Part shown: positions 49,146 to 58,540 of the stretch, one piece after another
Position numbering within the stretch: position 1 is the stretch's first letter
How the letters are laid out: the number at the start of each line of letters is the position of its first letter
DNA from: Snowella sp.
GTDB lineage: Bacteria; Cyanobacteriota; Cyanobacteriia; Cyanobacteriales; Microcystaceae
Reading direction: 5' to 3'
Assembly: GCA_035285545.1 (NCBI GenBank)
Contig: JAYKGY010000135.1
Location: 16,874-80,873, forward strand
Length of the DNA stretch: 64,000 nt
The notes under the pieces: generated by a model
The model's input: the letters and a program-made list of their open reading frames with translations, nothing else
Database searches by the model: none
Told to the model about the DNA's origin: nothing
Translations under genes and position numbers: made by a program

Positions 49146-49601
49146 ATGCTTAAACCCATTGTTTGTATGTATCTAATTCGGAAGTTTCAGGGCTTTACAT
49201 TGACGGAAAATTTGGTCGCCTTGCTGTTTTTAACGACGACTTTATCGATCATGTTGCCTGCTTTTATGACCTTCAGTATGGAAAATACCCATCAACGAAT
49301 GCTATCGGGAGCGATCGCGATCGCCAACAACACTCTAGAAGACCTCAGAAGACAGAACATTACGACTGTTCCGCTCGGAAATACCCTCACAACGCGACAA
49401 CACTCAGGCTATTCCTACCGAATCAATCAATACGTTTGTCTGGATTTAGCGAATGTCTCTGATCCAACGCCAACTTGCACGACGACCTCCTCTGACCGCA
49501 ATCCTCCCCCTTCACGGGAAATCCTCATCCGAATTGAAAAAGCAAATGCGCCGTATGAACAAATTTACTCAGTGGAAACCGTCTTTTCGAGCCTTCGTTA
49601 G
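49146..49601 (+). CDS. Type IV minor pilin, PilV/PilA10-like
   Basis: GAGGA RBS; G|FTLTENLVAL; A.AIA...LEDLR; C-terminal Cys pair. Confidence 0.82.
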   Translation: MLKPIVCMYLIRKFQGFTLTENLVALLFLTTTLSIMLPAFMTFSMENTHQRMLSGAIAIANNTLEDLRRQNITTVPLGNTLTTRQHSGYSYRINQYVCLDLANVSDPTPTCTTTSSDRNPPPSREILIRIEKANAPYEQIYSVETVFSSLR

Positions 49602-50808
49602 AAGCAATCGTTATTTTCCCCGATTCAACTATCCAGCCAAAACAGCCTTGTCTGTCCCCAAAGGCATAACCATCACGGAACTGCTGGTGGGCACAATGAT
49701 CTCCGCAATCTTGATCAACTTAGCCTACTGGGGTTTTGCCTGGAATCGACAACTCTATCTCAACGATGCGGCCAGAAATGATGCTAGCCAAACCCTTAAA
49801 ACCGTCTTTAATATTGTCGGCCCCACGATTCAACAAGCAGGAGAGGGCCTCGATGGTAGTTTTCCCACCATTTTAATTCGCCCCTATCCCATTGATCCGC
49901 CCAATCCCAATCCCCCCAATCTCAATCCCCCAACCTTCCCCACGTTTAATTCAGAAATCACTATTCGCCGCTTAATTTCTGCGGTCAAATTACCGATCTG
50001 TCGAGCCGTTACAGCCGGCAACCAAACTGAGATTTTTATTGTCGATAGAACCATAACCACCTTTCCAGGCTGTGATCTGACAGATAGTGATAATGACAGT
50101 TGGCCAGATACCCTACAACAGTGGAAAAATTATCGTAATACGAATGGGGGAACGGTTCGCGCTTTTATTTACGATGGAATCGGACAAGGAGAATTTTTAA
50201 ACTATACAGGCGAAAATTTTTATAATAATCTCAATAGCTCAATTACGCCTATTGCTAATCCCACTACTGTAGAGACAACAGTTAGTGCAGCATCCTTAAG
50301 GGTAACGGGAACCTTAGCGAATAATTATACGGCTGGTTCATCTGCCCAATTACTGTTAATTGAAGAACGAAAATATCGACTGGGATGTAGCGATACTAGC
50401 ATTGCCGACTCATCCTGTCCTAGAGAGCAATTACAAAAATTACAACTCATTATTAATAACCAACCTGCCGTTGATTTAGTCAATAAAGTTGGTCAATTCA
50501 CCGTTACCGCAACCCTGAGACAAGATTTAACCAGTACAACCAATGCCAAATTTATCTGTTGGGCAATTCCGGCTATTAGCGGAACGCAAACAGGAACACC
50601 AACTTGCAATAATGATCCGCCAACCACCACCACCGCTATCAGACTGACCAATCCTTACACCTGGTCTCAAGTGGATTCAATTAACGTGACGGTTAAGCCC
50701 AAACCAGTTTCTTCGTCTAATTCTTCCCTTTCTATGAGTACGATTAATACCCTGAATAATCTTCAAGAAACCCAGCAATTTTTTCCTCGTAATATCTTAA
50801 ATTTTTAA
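49555..50808 (+). CDS. Type IV minor pilin, PilW/PilA11-like
   Basis: G|ITITELLV, IQQAG, Cys pairs, C-terminal FFPRN. Start is uncertain (ATG 49555 or TTG 49648). Confidence 0.8.
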   Translation: MNKFTQWKPSFRAFVRSNRYFPRFNYPAKTALSVPKGITITELLVGTMISAILINLAYWGFAWNRQLYLNDAARNDASQTLKTVFNIVGPTIQQAGEGLDGSFPTILIRPYPIDPPNPNPPNLNPPTFPTFNSEITIRRLISAVKLPICRAVTAGNQTEIFIVDRTITTFPGCDLTDSDNDSWPDTLQQWKNYRNTNGGTVRAFIYDGIGQGEFLNYTGENFYNNLNSSITPIANPTTVETTVSAASLRVTGTLANNYTAGSSAQLLLIEERKYRLGCSDTSIADSSCPREQLQKLQLIINNQPAVDLVNKVGQFTVTATLRQDLTSTTNAKFICWAIPAISGTQTGTPTCNNDPPTTTTAIRLTNPYTWSQVDSINVTVKPKPVSSSNSSLSMSTINTLNNLQETQQFFPRNILNF

Positions 50809-50860
50809 TCTTTATTGCTAATTTTTATTGTTCTTTAATGCGAATTCTTAATTAACCATT

Positions 50861-53287
50861 ATGAATAAAAAATCTATCGAGTTAACTTGGCTTTATCGAA
50901 GTTTGATCAAACTCTACCAAAAGCCCACTAGTGCGGATCAAGGCTATATGCTTTTTTTGGTTATTGCTTTATCAATCGCCCTATCAGGATTGCTGATTGC
51001 CTATTCTTTGCTCACTAAAATTCATCAGGTAACAATGAGGTCTTCTGCGAACAGCAATAGTGGCTTTTATGGGGTAGAAGCCGCTTTAAATACCAGGGCC
51101 GAGCAATTACGCAGCCTTTACATTGATTATCGTCGTCCGAGTGGTACTTGGCCGACAGCCTTATCTGCTTGTATGGATAATAATGCTGCTAATAATGGGA
51201 CAGCCGATTATGGATGTCAGTCTCAACGCTTAGCTGCTCCCCGTGATACCAGTGATACCTTAACGGCTTTTAGTTACGTGGTTTCCAACAATCCTCAAGT
51301 CGGAGGAGTCGATCAACCGAGCATTGGGACGGTTCCTCCAGGCGATACGTTTCAAAATCTCAATATGTTGGAATATCGCTATTCAATCAATGCCGTTGCG
51401 AAAAAGACAAATGCGCCGACCGATCAAGTCAACGCGATCGCGGGAATGGCCATTAAAGCCCGATTGATTCCCATGTTTCAGTTTGCCGCCTTTTATCTCA
51501 ATGATTTGGAAATTTTGCCAGGGGCTGACATGAACCTGAGTGGCCCCATTCATACCAATGGCAATCTTTATTTAGGCGCAAATACGACCTTAAGCATTAA
51601 TAGCCAAGTCACTGCCTCGCGCAACTTATTCAATTCCCGCAAAAACGATAATAGTACCTATCCCAATGGTCGAGTGCGGATTAGAACTCCCATAGAACTC
51701 ACGACCCCCTTTTCGCCCTTATTACAATGGGGCACGGGGAGTACGTCCCCAACCACAGCGGCCATGAATCCTAATCTCATTGCGGCTAGATGGGGAAGCC
51801 AAATTAAATTAGGGATTGATGCACTTTCGATTCCCGATGCCAGTATCTTAGATCTGGGCGGTGACTATGCCCAAAAAGCCGATCTACAAATTCGTTATAC
51901 TCCCGATTCTTCCGCTACCACTGTTCCCTTTGAATTAACGGCTACATCACGCACCACTAGCGGCACTGTCAGCGCGACGAGAATTTTAACGGAAGGAGAA
52001 CGTCGCAGTTTACTTCAGCCTGTTTTGGTTTCCCAAGCTTTAGCGACTATTACTGATGCGAATTATCGTCCCTGTTCCCCTGCTACTCCAGTTAATCCTG
52101 GATCAGGAATTACCTTAACGACAGAGCAAACAGCCGCCCTAGCCAATGCGCTTTACCTGGCAATGGTTTCCCAAACAACCCCGATTCCCTTTAATGGCGG
52201 CAATCCTTCTTTTACGGTGGGGACAACCCTGGATGCTGTGGTAGATACGTTTACCGATTTAACGACTTCTCAAAGGGATACGCTGAAAGCCAATTTAACT
52301 GCCTCAAATCCTGCCGCGATCGCGGCCTTAGATAATCGCTGTTTTGTGAGTGCCCCCTTTCAAGATATTGGTAGAACAACCAACGTGCCGAGTTTTTATA
52401 ATGATCGCGAAGGGCGGGAAATGCGGCTGTTACAAATCAACGTTGAAAGTTTGACCATCTGGAATCATCTAGGACGTTCTGTTGAGTTCACGAATGGCAC
52501 TGTGACGAATACCAATAATGGTCAAGGTTATTCCGCCAATCAACGAATTTTTACCACCGCAACCGCCGATAGTAACGCTCCCGTCGGCTCTTTTCAAAAT
52601 CTAGGCTTAGCCGCCGCCGACAACAGCAAAGAAGGTCTCGTTTTCCATGCGACGATTAACACGACAACGTACCCATCAGCAGCAGGAAACCAAAGCCCCT
52701 ATGGATTTGCCATCATCCGAGGCAGACAGTTACCCGGCTTGGGGGAAACCACCACCATCCTCGATCCCACGGGGCTAACCTTTGTCAGCGATCAAGCGGT
52801 CTATCTACAAGGGGATTACAATACGTTAAATTGGCAACCCGCCAGCATTTTAGCGGATTCTTTAAACGTTCTTTCTAATGCGTGCCTTAATATTCACAAC
52901 GCGATTAACAAAGATAGTAATGCAAACTGTAACGTTAGCAACAGCAATGGCAAAGTAACCCCTACCCCCACCACTATCAATACAGCCTTTTTAGCGGGCA
53001 CAGATATTACCAACTCAACGGCTTCCCCTGGCTATAATGGCGGTCTGGAAAATTATCCGCGTTTCTCCGAAAATTGGGGGGGAGTGCTGTTGGCCTATCG
53101 GGGATCATTTGTGAGTACGAGCACACCGCTTCATGTGAGAGGAACTTGGTCAAACCAACGCTATGGTGCCCCGAATCGCAATTGGGACTACGATACCCGC
53201 TTTAACTTAGCCCAAAATCTCCCCCCCTTCTCGCCTCGCTTTGTGTACCTAAAACAGGAATCGTTCAATCGCAATTTCAATCAATAA
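50861..53287 (+). CDS. Large PilX/PilA12-like minor pilin
   Basis: G|YMLFLVI without E5 (a PilX trait); FYGVEAALN, GPIHTNGNL, GGLENYPRF.E.W and R.WDYD..F...NLPP motifs. Confidence 0.8.
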   Translation: MNKKSIELTWLYRSLIKLYQKPTSADQGYMLFLVIALSIALSGLLIAYSLLTKIHQVTMRSSANSNSGFYGVEAALNTRAEQLRSLYIDYRRPSGTWPTALSACMDNNAANNGTADYGCQSQRLAAPRDTSDTLTAFSYVVSNNPQVGGVDQPSIGTVPPGDTFQNLNMLEYRYSINAVAKKTNAPTDQVNAIAGMAIKARLIPMFQFAAFYLNDLEILPGADMNLSGPIHTNGNLYLGANTTLSINSQVTASRNLFNSRKNDNSTYPNGRVRIRTPIELTTPFSPLLQWGTGSTSPTTAAMNPNLIAARWGSQIKLGIDALSIPDASILDLGGDYAQKADLQIRYTPDSSATTVPFELTATSRTTSGTVSATRILTEGERRSLLQPVLVSQALATITDANYRPCSPATPVNPGSGITLTTEQTAALANALYLAMVSQTTPIPFNGGNPSFTVGTTLDAVVDTFTDLTTSQRDTLKANLTASNPAAIAALDNRCFVSAPFQDIGRTTNVPSFYNDREGREMRLLQINVESLTIWNHLGRSVEFTNGTVTNTNNGQGYSANQRIFTTATADSNAPVGSFQNLGLAAADNSKEGLVFHATINTTTYPSAAGNQSPYGFAIIRGRQLPGLGETTTILDPTGLTFVSDQAVYLQGDYNTLNWQPASILADSLNVLSNACLNIHNAINKDSNANCNVSNSNGKVTPTPTTINTAFLAGTDITNSTASPGYNGGLENYPRFSENWGGVLLAYRGSFVSTSTPLHVRGTWSNQRYGAPNRNWDYDTRFNLAQNLPPFSPRFVYLKQESFNRNFNQ

Positions 53288-53292
53288 AATAT

Positions 53293-53380
53293 AAGCTCAC
53301 ATTCCGCTCTAATGCGATCGCTGCCTCTTTGTTTTTCATTTTATTTGAATCCCCCTATCTAAACAGCGGAATGTGGGTTA
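53293..53380. mobile_element. Short MITE-like inverted-repeat element
   Basis: Perfect 11-bp arms CACATTCCGCT (53298-53308) and AGCGGAATGTG (53365-53375), with TAA/TTA ends and an internal HIP1. Confidence 0.45.
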
Positions 53381-53417
53381 AAACTTGGAATTTAGCAAAT
53401 TTCAAGAATAAAAGTCC

Positions 53418-54317
53418 TTAAAAACGCGGCAAAGGTTTATCCAAATCCAGCCAGGATAACCAATACCACTGCTCTAGTCGTTCCCTTACCCATTGATCCA
53501 TTCGTTCATCCATTTGATCAGCTAAAAACCGCGCACAACTCTCTGCATCCCCATTGCCTCGTTGCAATTTGGGTTCAATGACCACACGATAACGAAATTC
53601 GTCGATCTGTTCTACAAAACAGGGAACGATATCCAGTTGATGGCGGATTGCAAGACGAGCCGCTAACCAACGATTGCCAGCATAGGGTAATTTGCGTCCT
53701 AAGCTTGGCCCCCAAATGTAACCTTCTCTTTCTTCATCAATAAATAGCAATAAATTACTTCCTGCTTTTAAAGCACGAGTCAACTGAAACATGGCACGGG
53801 GTGAAGCAGATACTAATTCAGTATTGGTTTTCCATGATTGTCTAACTCTAGTCGCGATCACTTCATAAATCGGGTTTTTGAGTGGTGCATATAATGCACA
53901 GCCTCTGTTAGGAAGCCTAGTCAACGTGTGGCCAACTAATTCCCAATGAGCTAGATGGCAACTAACAAAAATCGTTGGCTGAGAAATATTTTGTAAATTT
54001 TCTTGCCCAATAACTTCTAAGTAGCCTTCTTGGACGAGTCTTTGCAAGATAGTGAATTGAGTGCGGAGACAGCCAATTCTTCCTGTCCATTCAATAATTT
54101 GCTGCTCTCGTAACTTAAAGTCTTCTATCCCTCTCAAATGCTGAAGGGTCTTGTGTATATCCTGTATCCAATTTTCCCCATTACGAATTGCTTGTTTCGC
54201 TGACCGTTTCCCCAAATAATGACCGATCGCCGAAGTCCAAGAAATTGGCAATACACTCATTAGCTCGATCAGCCGTAATTGACCCTGTTCTAGTAAGGTA
54301 AGCTGTTCTTTTTGCAT
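53418..54317 (-). CDS. LpxL/HtrB/PatA-type (lipid A acyltransferase family) acyltransferase, paralogue 2
   Basis: Catalytic HLAHWE (H-x4-E); LY..LKNP, LLLFIDE, ARLA and EQWYW motifs. Confidence 0.85.
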   Translation of the reverse strand: MQKEQLTLLEQGQLRLIELMSVLPISWTSAIGHYLGKRSAKQAIRNGENWIQDIHKTLQHLRGIEDFKLREQQIIEWTGRIGCLRTQFTILQRLVQEGYLEVIGQENLQNISQPTIFVSCHLAHWELVGHTLTRLPNRGCALYAPLKNPIYEVIATRVRQSWKTNTELVSASPRAMFQLTRALKAGSNLLLFIDEEREGYIWGPSLGRKLPYAGNRWLAARLAIRHQLDIVPCFVEQIDEFRYRVVIEPKLQRGNGDAESCARFLADQMDERMDQWVRERLEQWYWLSWLDLDKPLPRF

Positions 54318-54341
54318 TCTCTTAAAATGATAAATTTCTCT

Positions 54342-55337
54342 TTAAAAGGGACAGGGTTTATCAAGATCCAAGTGGGCAAGCCAGTACCATTGTTCAAGCC
54401 TTTTTTTAATCCATTGATTGAGATGATGATCCATCTGATCAGCCAGATATTTAGCACAACTATGTCTATCACTATCAATTATTTGAAGTTTAGGTTCAAC
54501 AACAGCACGATAGCGGGCATTATCAACTTGTTCAATATATAAAGGAACAATATCGACCTTATGCTGAACGGCTAGACGAGCTGCTAACCAACGATTCCCA
54601 GCATAGGGTAACTTTCTGCCTAAACTTGGCCCCCAAACATAACCACCTTTTTCTTCATCAATAAACAACAATAAATTACTACCAGCTTTCAGGGCACGGG
54701 TCAACTGAAACATAGCACGGGTTGAAGCAGGAACTAGTTCGATGTCAGTTCTCCACTTTCGGCGGCTTTTAACAGCTATTTTTTGATAAATAGGATTTTT
54801 TAAAGGAGCATACAAAGCACAGAATGGATTGGAAAGCGAGGCCATAATATGACCTACAAGCTCCCAATTTGCAAGATGACAACTCACAAAAATTGCTGGT
54901 TTAGAAATGTTTTTAAGATTTTCTTGTCCAACAATCTCTAAATAACCTTCATGGACAAGTTTGTGCAATATGGTGAATTCTGCATGCATCCGCCCTCTTT
55001 GGATAGCCCATTCAATAATGCGGTGTTTCCGTAACTCAGAATCGTTAATCCCTTGAAGACGCTCAATATTAAGATGTAAATTTTTAACCTGGTATTGATT
55101 ATCCTGAATTGCCCGCCAAGCTGCATTTTCACCTAGATAGGCACCAATATCAGAAACCAAGGAAATCGGAAGAAATTCCAAGAGCCTGGCAATCCACAAT
55201 TCCTTATATTCTGCCAAAGTTGGTTTTCGTTGGGGACAATTTATCTGGGTTGCTCCGAATGCTTCAATATTCCAAGCAACAGATAAAAAATCCATCGTTT
55301 TGGCAATCCAAAATTTTCGGTAAGATTCTATAGCCAT
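54342..55337 (-). CDS. LpxL/HtrB/PatA-type acyltransferase, paralogue 1
   Basis: HLANWE, LYAPLKNP, LLLFIDE and EQWYW motifs. Confidence 0.85.
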   Translation of the reverse strand: MAIESYRKFWIAKTMDFLSVAWNIEAFGATQINCPQRKPTLAEYKELWIARLLEFLPISLVSDIGAYLGENAAWRAIQDNQYQVKNLHLNIERLQGINDSELRKHRIIEWAIQRGRMHAEFTILHKLVHEGYLEIVGQENLKNISKPAIFVSCHLANWELVGHIMASLSNPFCALYAPLKNPIYQKIAVKSRRKWRTDIELVPASTRAMFQLTRALKAGSNLLLFIDEEKGGYVWGPSLGRKLPYAGNRWLAARLAVQHKVDIVPLYIEQVDNARYRAVVEPKLQIIDSDRHSCAKYLADQMDHHLNQWIKKRLEQWYWLAHLDLDKPCPF

Positions 55338-55362
55338 AGCTTTTCCTGTCTGCTTTTATCCA

Positions 55363-56829
55363 TCACTCTAGAGGATTTAGGTACATGGGAAGCCCGCCTT
55401 CAGGGCGCAATGTGATTCGGCATTCGATACTAACTCGGTGTTGAGGAATTAAGCGAGGTTGAAAACGTTGTGCAAGAGTTGCTAAGCAAAGAATTCCTTC
55501 CATCATCCCAAAGCGTTTACCTAAACAGGCTCGACGACCTGCACTAAAAGGAATATAAACAAAATTATCGGGGCGAGAGGAAGGATTTAAAAACCGTTCG
55601 GGAATAAAACTATTGGGCTTCTCCCAATACAATCGGTGACGGTGTAAGAGCCAAGGAATCACTAAGATGATGGTATTTGGATGAATGGTAATATCGTCAA
55701 GACAATCATTCTCTCTTGCCTGACGACTGAGGACGGGAACCGGCGGATATAACCGCATCGCTTCTTCAAAAACGGATCGCGTATAGGGAAGATTCACTAC
55801 ATCTTCGTATTTTGGCGGACGTTTCCCGATAACTTGATCAAGCTCCTCGCGTAACTTTGCGGCAACCAGGGGACTGTGATCTAGTAAATACCAAGTCCAC
55901 GCTAGGGCATTAGCGGTAGTTTCGTGACCAGCCATAAACATAACGATCGCTTCATTACGAGCAGCAGAGAAACCGAGAGGACATTTCTTCGGACTATCTG
56001 CTTTCCCTGTATGACCTTCTAATAGCAAAGACAACAGGGTTAATCGTGAACTTTCTTGTAGATTGGATAGCTCATTTTTTTTCTGTTGAGAATAGCGATC
56101 AATAATGCGGTCAATCACTTCATGAACTTGATATGCAGACTTTAGAGAAGCGATACGCCTAAATGGATTTGTCATCCAATTCAAAAAAGATAAGCCAAAG
56201 GCATCTGCAATTTGAATATGTTCAATATGTCGTTGATAATTAGAAAATCCTTGGACAACTTGTGATGCTTCACTTTCAGCAATATCATCTCCAAAAATCG
56301 TTCTGCCAATAATTCGGGCTGTTAATTTAGCCATTTCATTTAGTATATCTACCGGAGCATCGAGGGGTAGCGATCGCCAATTTTCTGCCAATTCCTGAGC
56401 TGATTCAACCATCATGGCAGCAAAATCAGGCAATAAATCACTTTCAAACGCAGGCGTGCAATACTCCCGTCGTTCTCGCCAGAGTTGACCATCGCTAACA
56501 AATAAACCATCTCCAAGTAGTGGCTCTAGAGCATGGCGCATCTGAGGACTTTTACGGTCGTAGTTATCGTGCTCTTCTAAAAAAACCCGACGAACCGTGT
56601 CAGGAGAATTACAAACAAAATAGTGCTGACGTAATAAAGAAAATTCAAAGCTTGTTAGACTATAGGTCGCTTCTGACCAGCAAGACAATAAATTTTGGCG
56701 AAACTGTAACCATCCTGTCAAGGAATTAGTGGCTGCCTCATTAGGGTTAACACTTACAGGCTCACTCGGCTCAGACTCAAAAGATTGACAAGGGTTTGGG
56801 AAACTGCTGGGCGGCGGACTGACACTCAT
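55363..56829 (-). CDS. Cytochrome P450
   Basis: LLGDGLFVSDGQLW; I-helix AGHETT; ExxR (EAMR); PERF; haem-ligand FSAGRRACLG. Confidence 0.95.
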   Translation of the reverse strand: MSVSPPPSSFPNPCQSFESEPSEPVSVNPNEAATNSLTGWLQFRQNLLSCWSEATYSLTSFEFSLLRQHYFVCNSPDTVRRVFLEEHDNYDRKSPQMRHALEPLLGDGLFVSDGQLWRERREYCTPAFESDLLPDFAAMMVESAQELAENWRSLPLDAPVDILNEMAKLTARIIGRTIFGDDIAESEASQVVQGFSNYQRHIEHIQIADAFGLSFLNWMTNPFRRIASLKSAYQVHEVIDRIIDRYSQQKKNELSNLQESSRLTLLSLLLEGHTGKADSPKKCPLGFSAARNEAIVMFMAGHETTANALAWTWYLLDHSPLVAAKLREELDQVIGKRPPKYEDVVNLPYTRSVFEEAMRLYPPVPVLSRQARENDCLDDITIHPNTIILVIPWLLHRHRLYWEKPNSFIPERFLNPSSRPDNFVYIPFSAGRRACLGKRFGMMEGILCLATLAQRFQPRLIPQHRVSIECRITLRPEGGLPMYLNPLE

Positions 56830-57102
56830 AAACGAATCTAGCGTAATACTACTTTTGATATTTAAATAGGGTTACTAGGACTGTAGATGTTATTAAAGCA
56901 CTAAATCGCCAATACTGATTTCATAGTATAAACTGCGTTAAGTAAGGGACTACCCAAAATTGAGCATTAGCTTAGTTGCGTTATTTTGGTTGCATTAATA
57001 ATTAATGAATCCCTAAGTATGACGAAGATATAATTGTACAGTTCAGAAAATTTTTACCATATTCTTTTTTGATTATGACGTGCTTAATGTTACACAATTA
57101 GG

Positions 57103-57134
57103 TGCTGATGTTATTTATAGGTAAGACATCAGCA
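57103..57134. promoter_or_regulatory. Inverted repeat in the divergent promoter / MFS leader
   Basis: TGCTGATGT-N14-ACATCAGCA, perfect 9-bp arms. Confidence 0.5.
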
Positions 57135-57189
57135 GTTGCTACTGAAGGAATCAATAAGCTTAACAATACAATAAATTTGTTCTAAAGTA

Positions 57190-58524
57190 ATGATTTTTAA
57201 ACTGAAGGGTTTTTCCAGTAATGCTTCTAATCAGATTAGCTTATTTTTATGGGTTTGGTTTGGTCAACTTATTTCTAATGTTGGCACCCAATTGACGCTT
57301 TTTGCCTTAGGGGTTGTCGTCTATCAACACTCCCAATCCGTCACTCAATTTGCAGGGATGACCCTAGCGATTTATCTGCCACCGATCCTTCTTACTCCCT
57401 TAGCAGGGTATCTAACCGACCGTTATCCACGGCGTTGGATCATGATTCTTAGTGATACAGGGTCAATGGCTGGCATTTTGATATTAAGTGGCTTATTACA
57501 GTGGGAGAATACCGCTTCTTGGCAAGTTTATGGCTTGTTAGGTTTCAGCTCCGCTTGTAATAGTTTCCATGTCCCTGCGTATTTAGCGGCGACAACGCTG
57601 ATGGTACCCAAGACTTTTTTAAGTCGAGCCAATGGATTAGTTTTGGTAAGCCATTCTTTGGCTCAACTGAGCGCACCATTTGCAGCAGGGTGGCTTATCC
57701 TTTCTTTAGGATTACCTGGGCTAGTTTTGCTGGATTGCTTAAGCTTTCTATTTATGCTCATCATCCTAATTACTGTCCGTTTCCCTGAAATTACCAATAC
57801 AAAGCCTTCTAGCTCTCATTTTTCTTATTATTTGCTGGTTAATGAAACTATTAAGGGGTGGCAATATATCCGACAACGCCCTGGGTTATTAGCCTTGTTA
57901 TTGCTGATGGGGATGGTTTATGCCACTCTAGGAGTGACAGAAGTTTTGTTTACGCCTTTGATTTTAAGTTTTGCCACAGCGAAGGAATTAGGATTTTTGC
58001 TCAGTATGGCAGGAGGGGGCTGGCTGGTGGGGAGCCTGATCGTGAGTTTATGGCGTAATCCACCGAGTTTTGTGTTACCGATTATAGGGGGGATTGCGCT
58101 ACAAGGCTGGTTACTTTGGGGGGTTGGAGTTGATGGAATTGTAAAAAGTTTTCCTATTTTTATCATCGGTATTTTTTCCTATTCGCTGGTTTGTCCAATT
58201 ATTTTGGGTTTTAGTCAAACTATTTGGCAAAAACAAGTTGAAGTCTCCGTGCAGGGACAAGTTTTTGCAACTCGTTTAGCCATTGAATGGTCATTCCGCC
58301 TATTCGCTTTAGGCTTGGCAGGATGGCTGGCCGATAGTGTGTTTGAGCCGTTTTTTCAAGGTGATCATTGGCTACTAGATCAGGTTGCCTGGTTGTTAGG
58401 GAGAGGAGCAGGGCGGGGGATTGCTTATTTACTCAGTGTCATGGGTTTTTTAAATCTCTTAGCCGCGATCGCGAGTTATCGCTATTCTCCCCTGTTAAAA
58501 TTAGACCGTCAAATTTCTCATTGA
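57190..58524 (+). CDS. MFS exporter (DHA3/macrolide-efflux-like)
   Basis: WFGQLIS..GT.LT.FAL; motif A G.LTDRYPRRWIM..SD; RANG; QG.VFA; about 12 TMs. Confidence 0.9.
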   Translation: MIFKLKGFSSNASNQISLFLWVWFGQLISNVGTQLTLFALGVVVYQHSQSVTQFAGMTLAIYLPPILLTPLAGYLTDRYPRRWIMILSDTGSMAGILILSGLLQWENTASWQVYGLLGFSSACNSFHVPAYLAATTLMVPKTFLSRANGLVLVSHSLAQLSAPFAAGWLILSLGLPGLVLLDCLSFLFMLIILITVRFPEITNTKPSSSHFSYYLLVNETIKGWQYIRQRPGLLALLLLMGMVYATLGVTEVLFTPLILSFATAKELGFLLSMAGGGWLVGSLIVSLWRNPPSFVLPIIGGIALQGWLLWGVGVDGIVKSFPIFIIGIFSYSLVCPIILGFSQTIWQKQVEVSVQGQVFATRLAIEWSFRLFALGLAGWLADSVFEPFFQGDHWLLDQVAWLLGRGAGRGIAYLLSVMGFLNLLAAIASYRYSPLLKLDRQISH

Positions 58525-58540
58525 TTGCCTATTGAATCTT

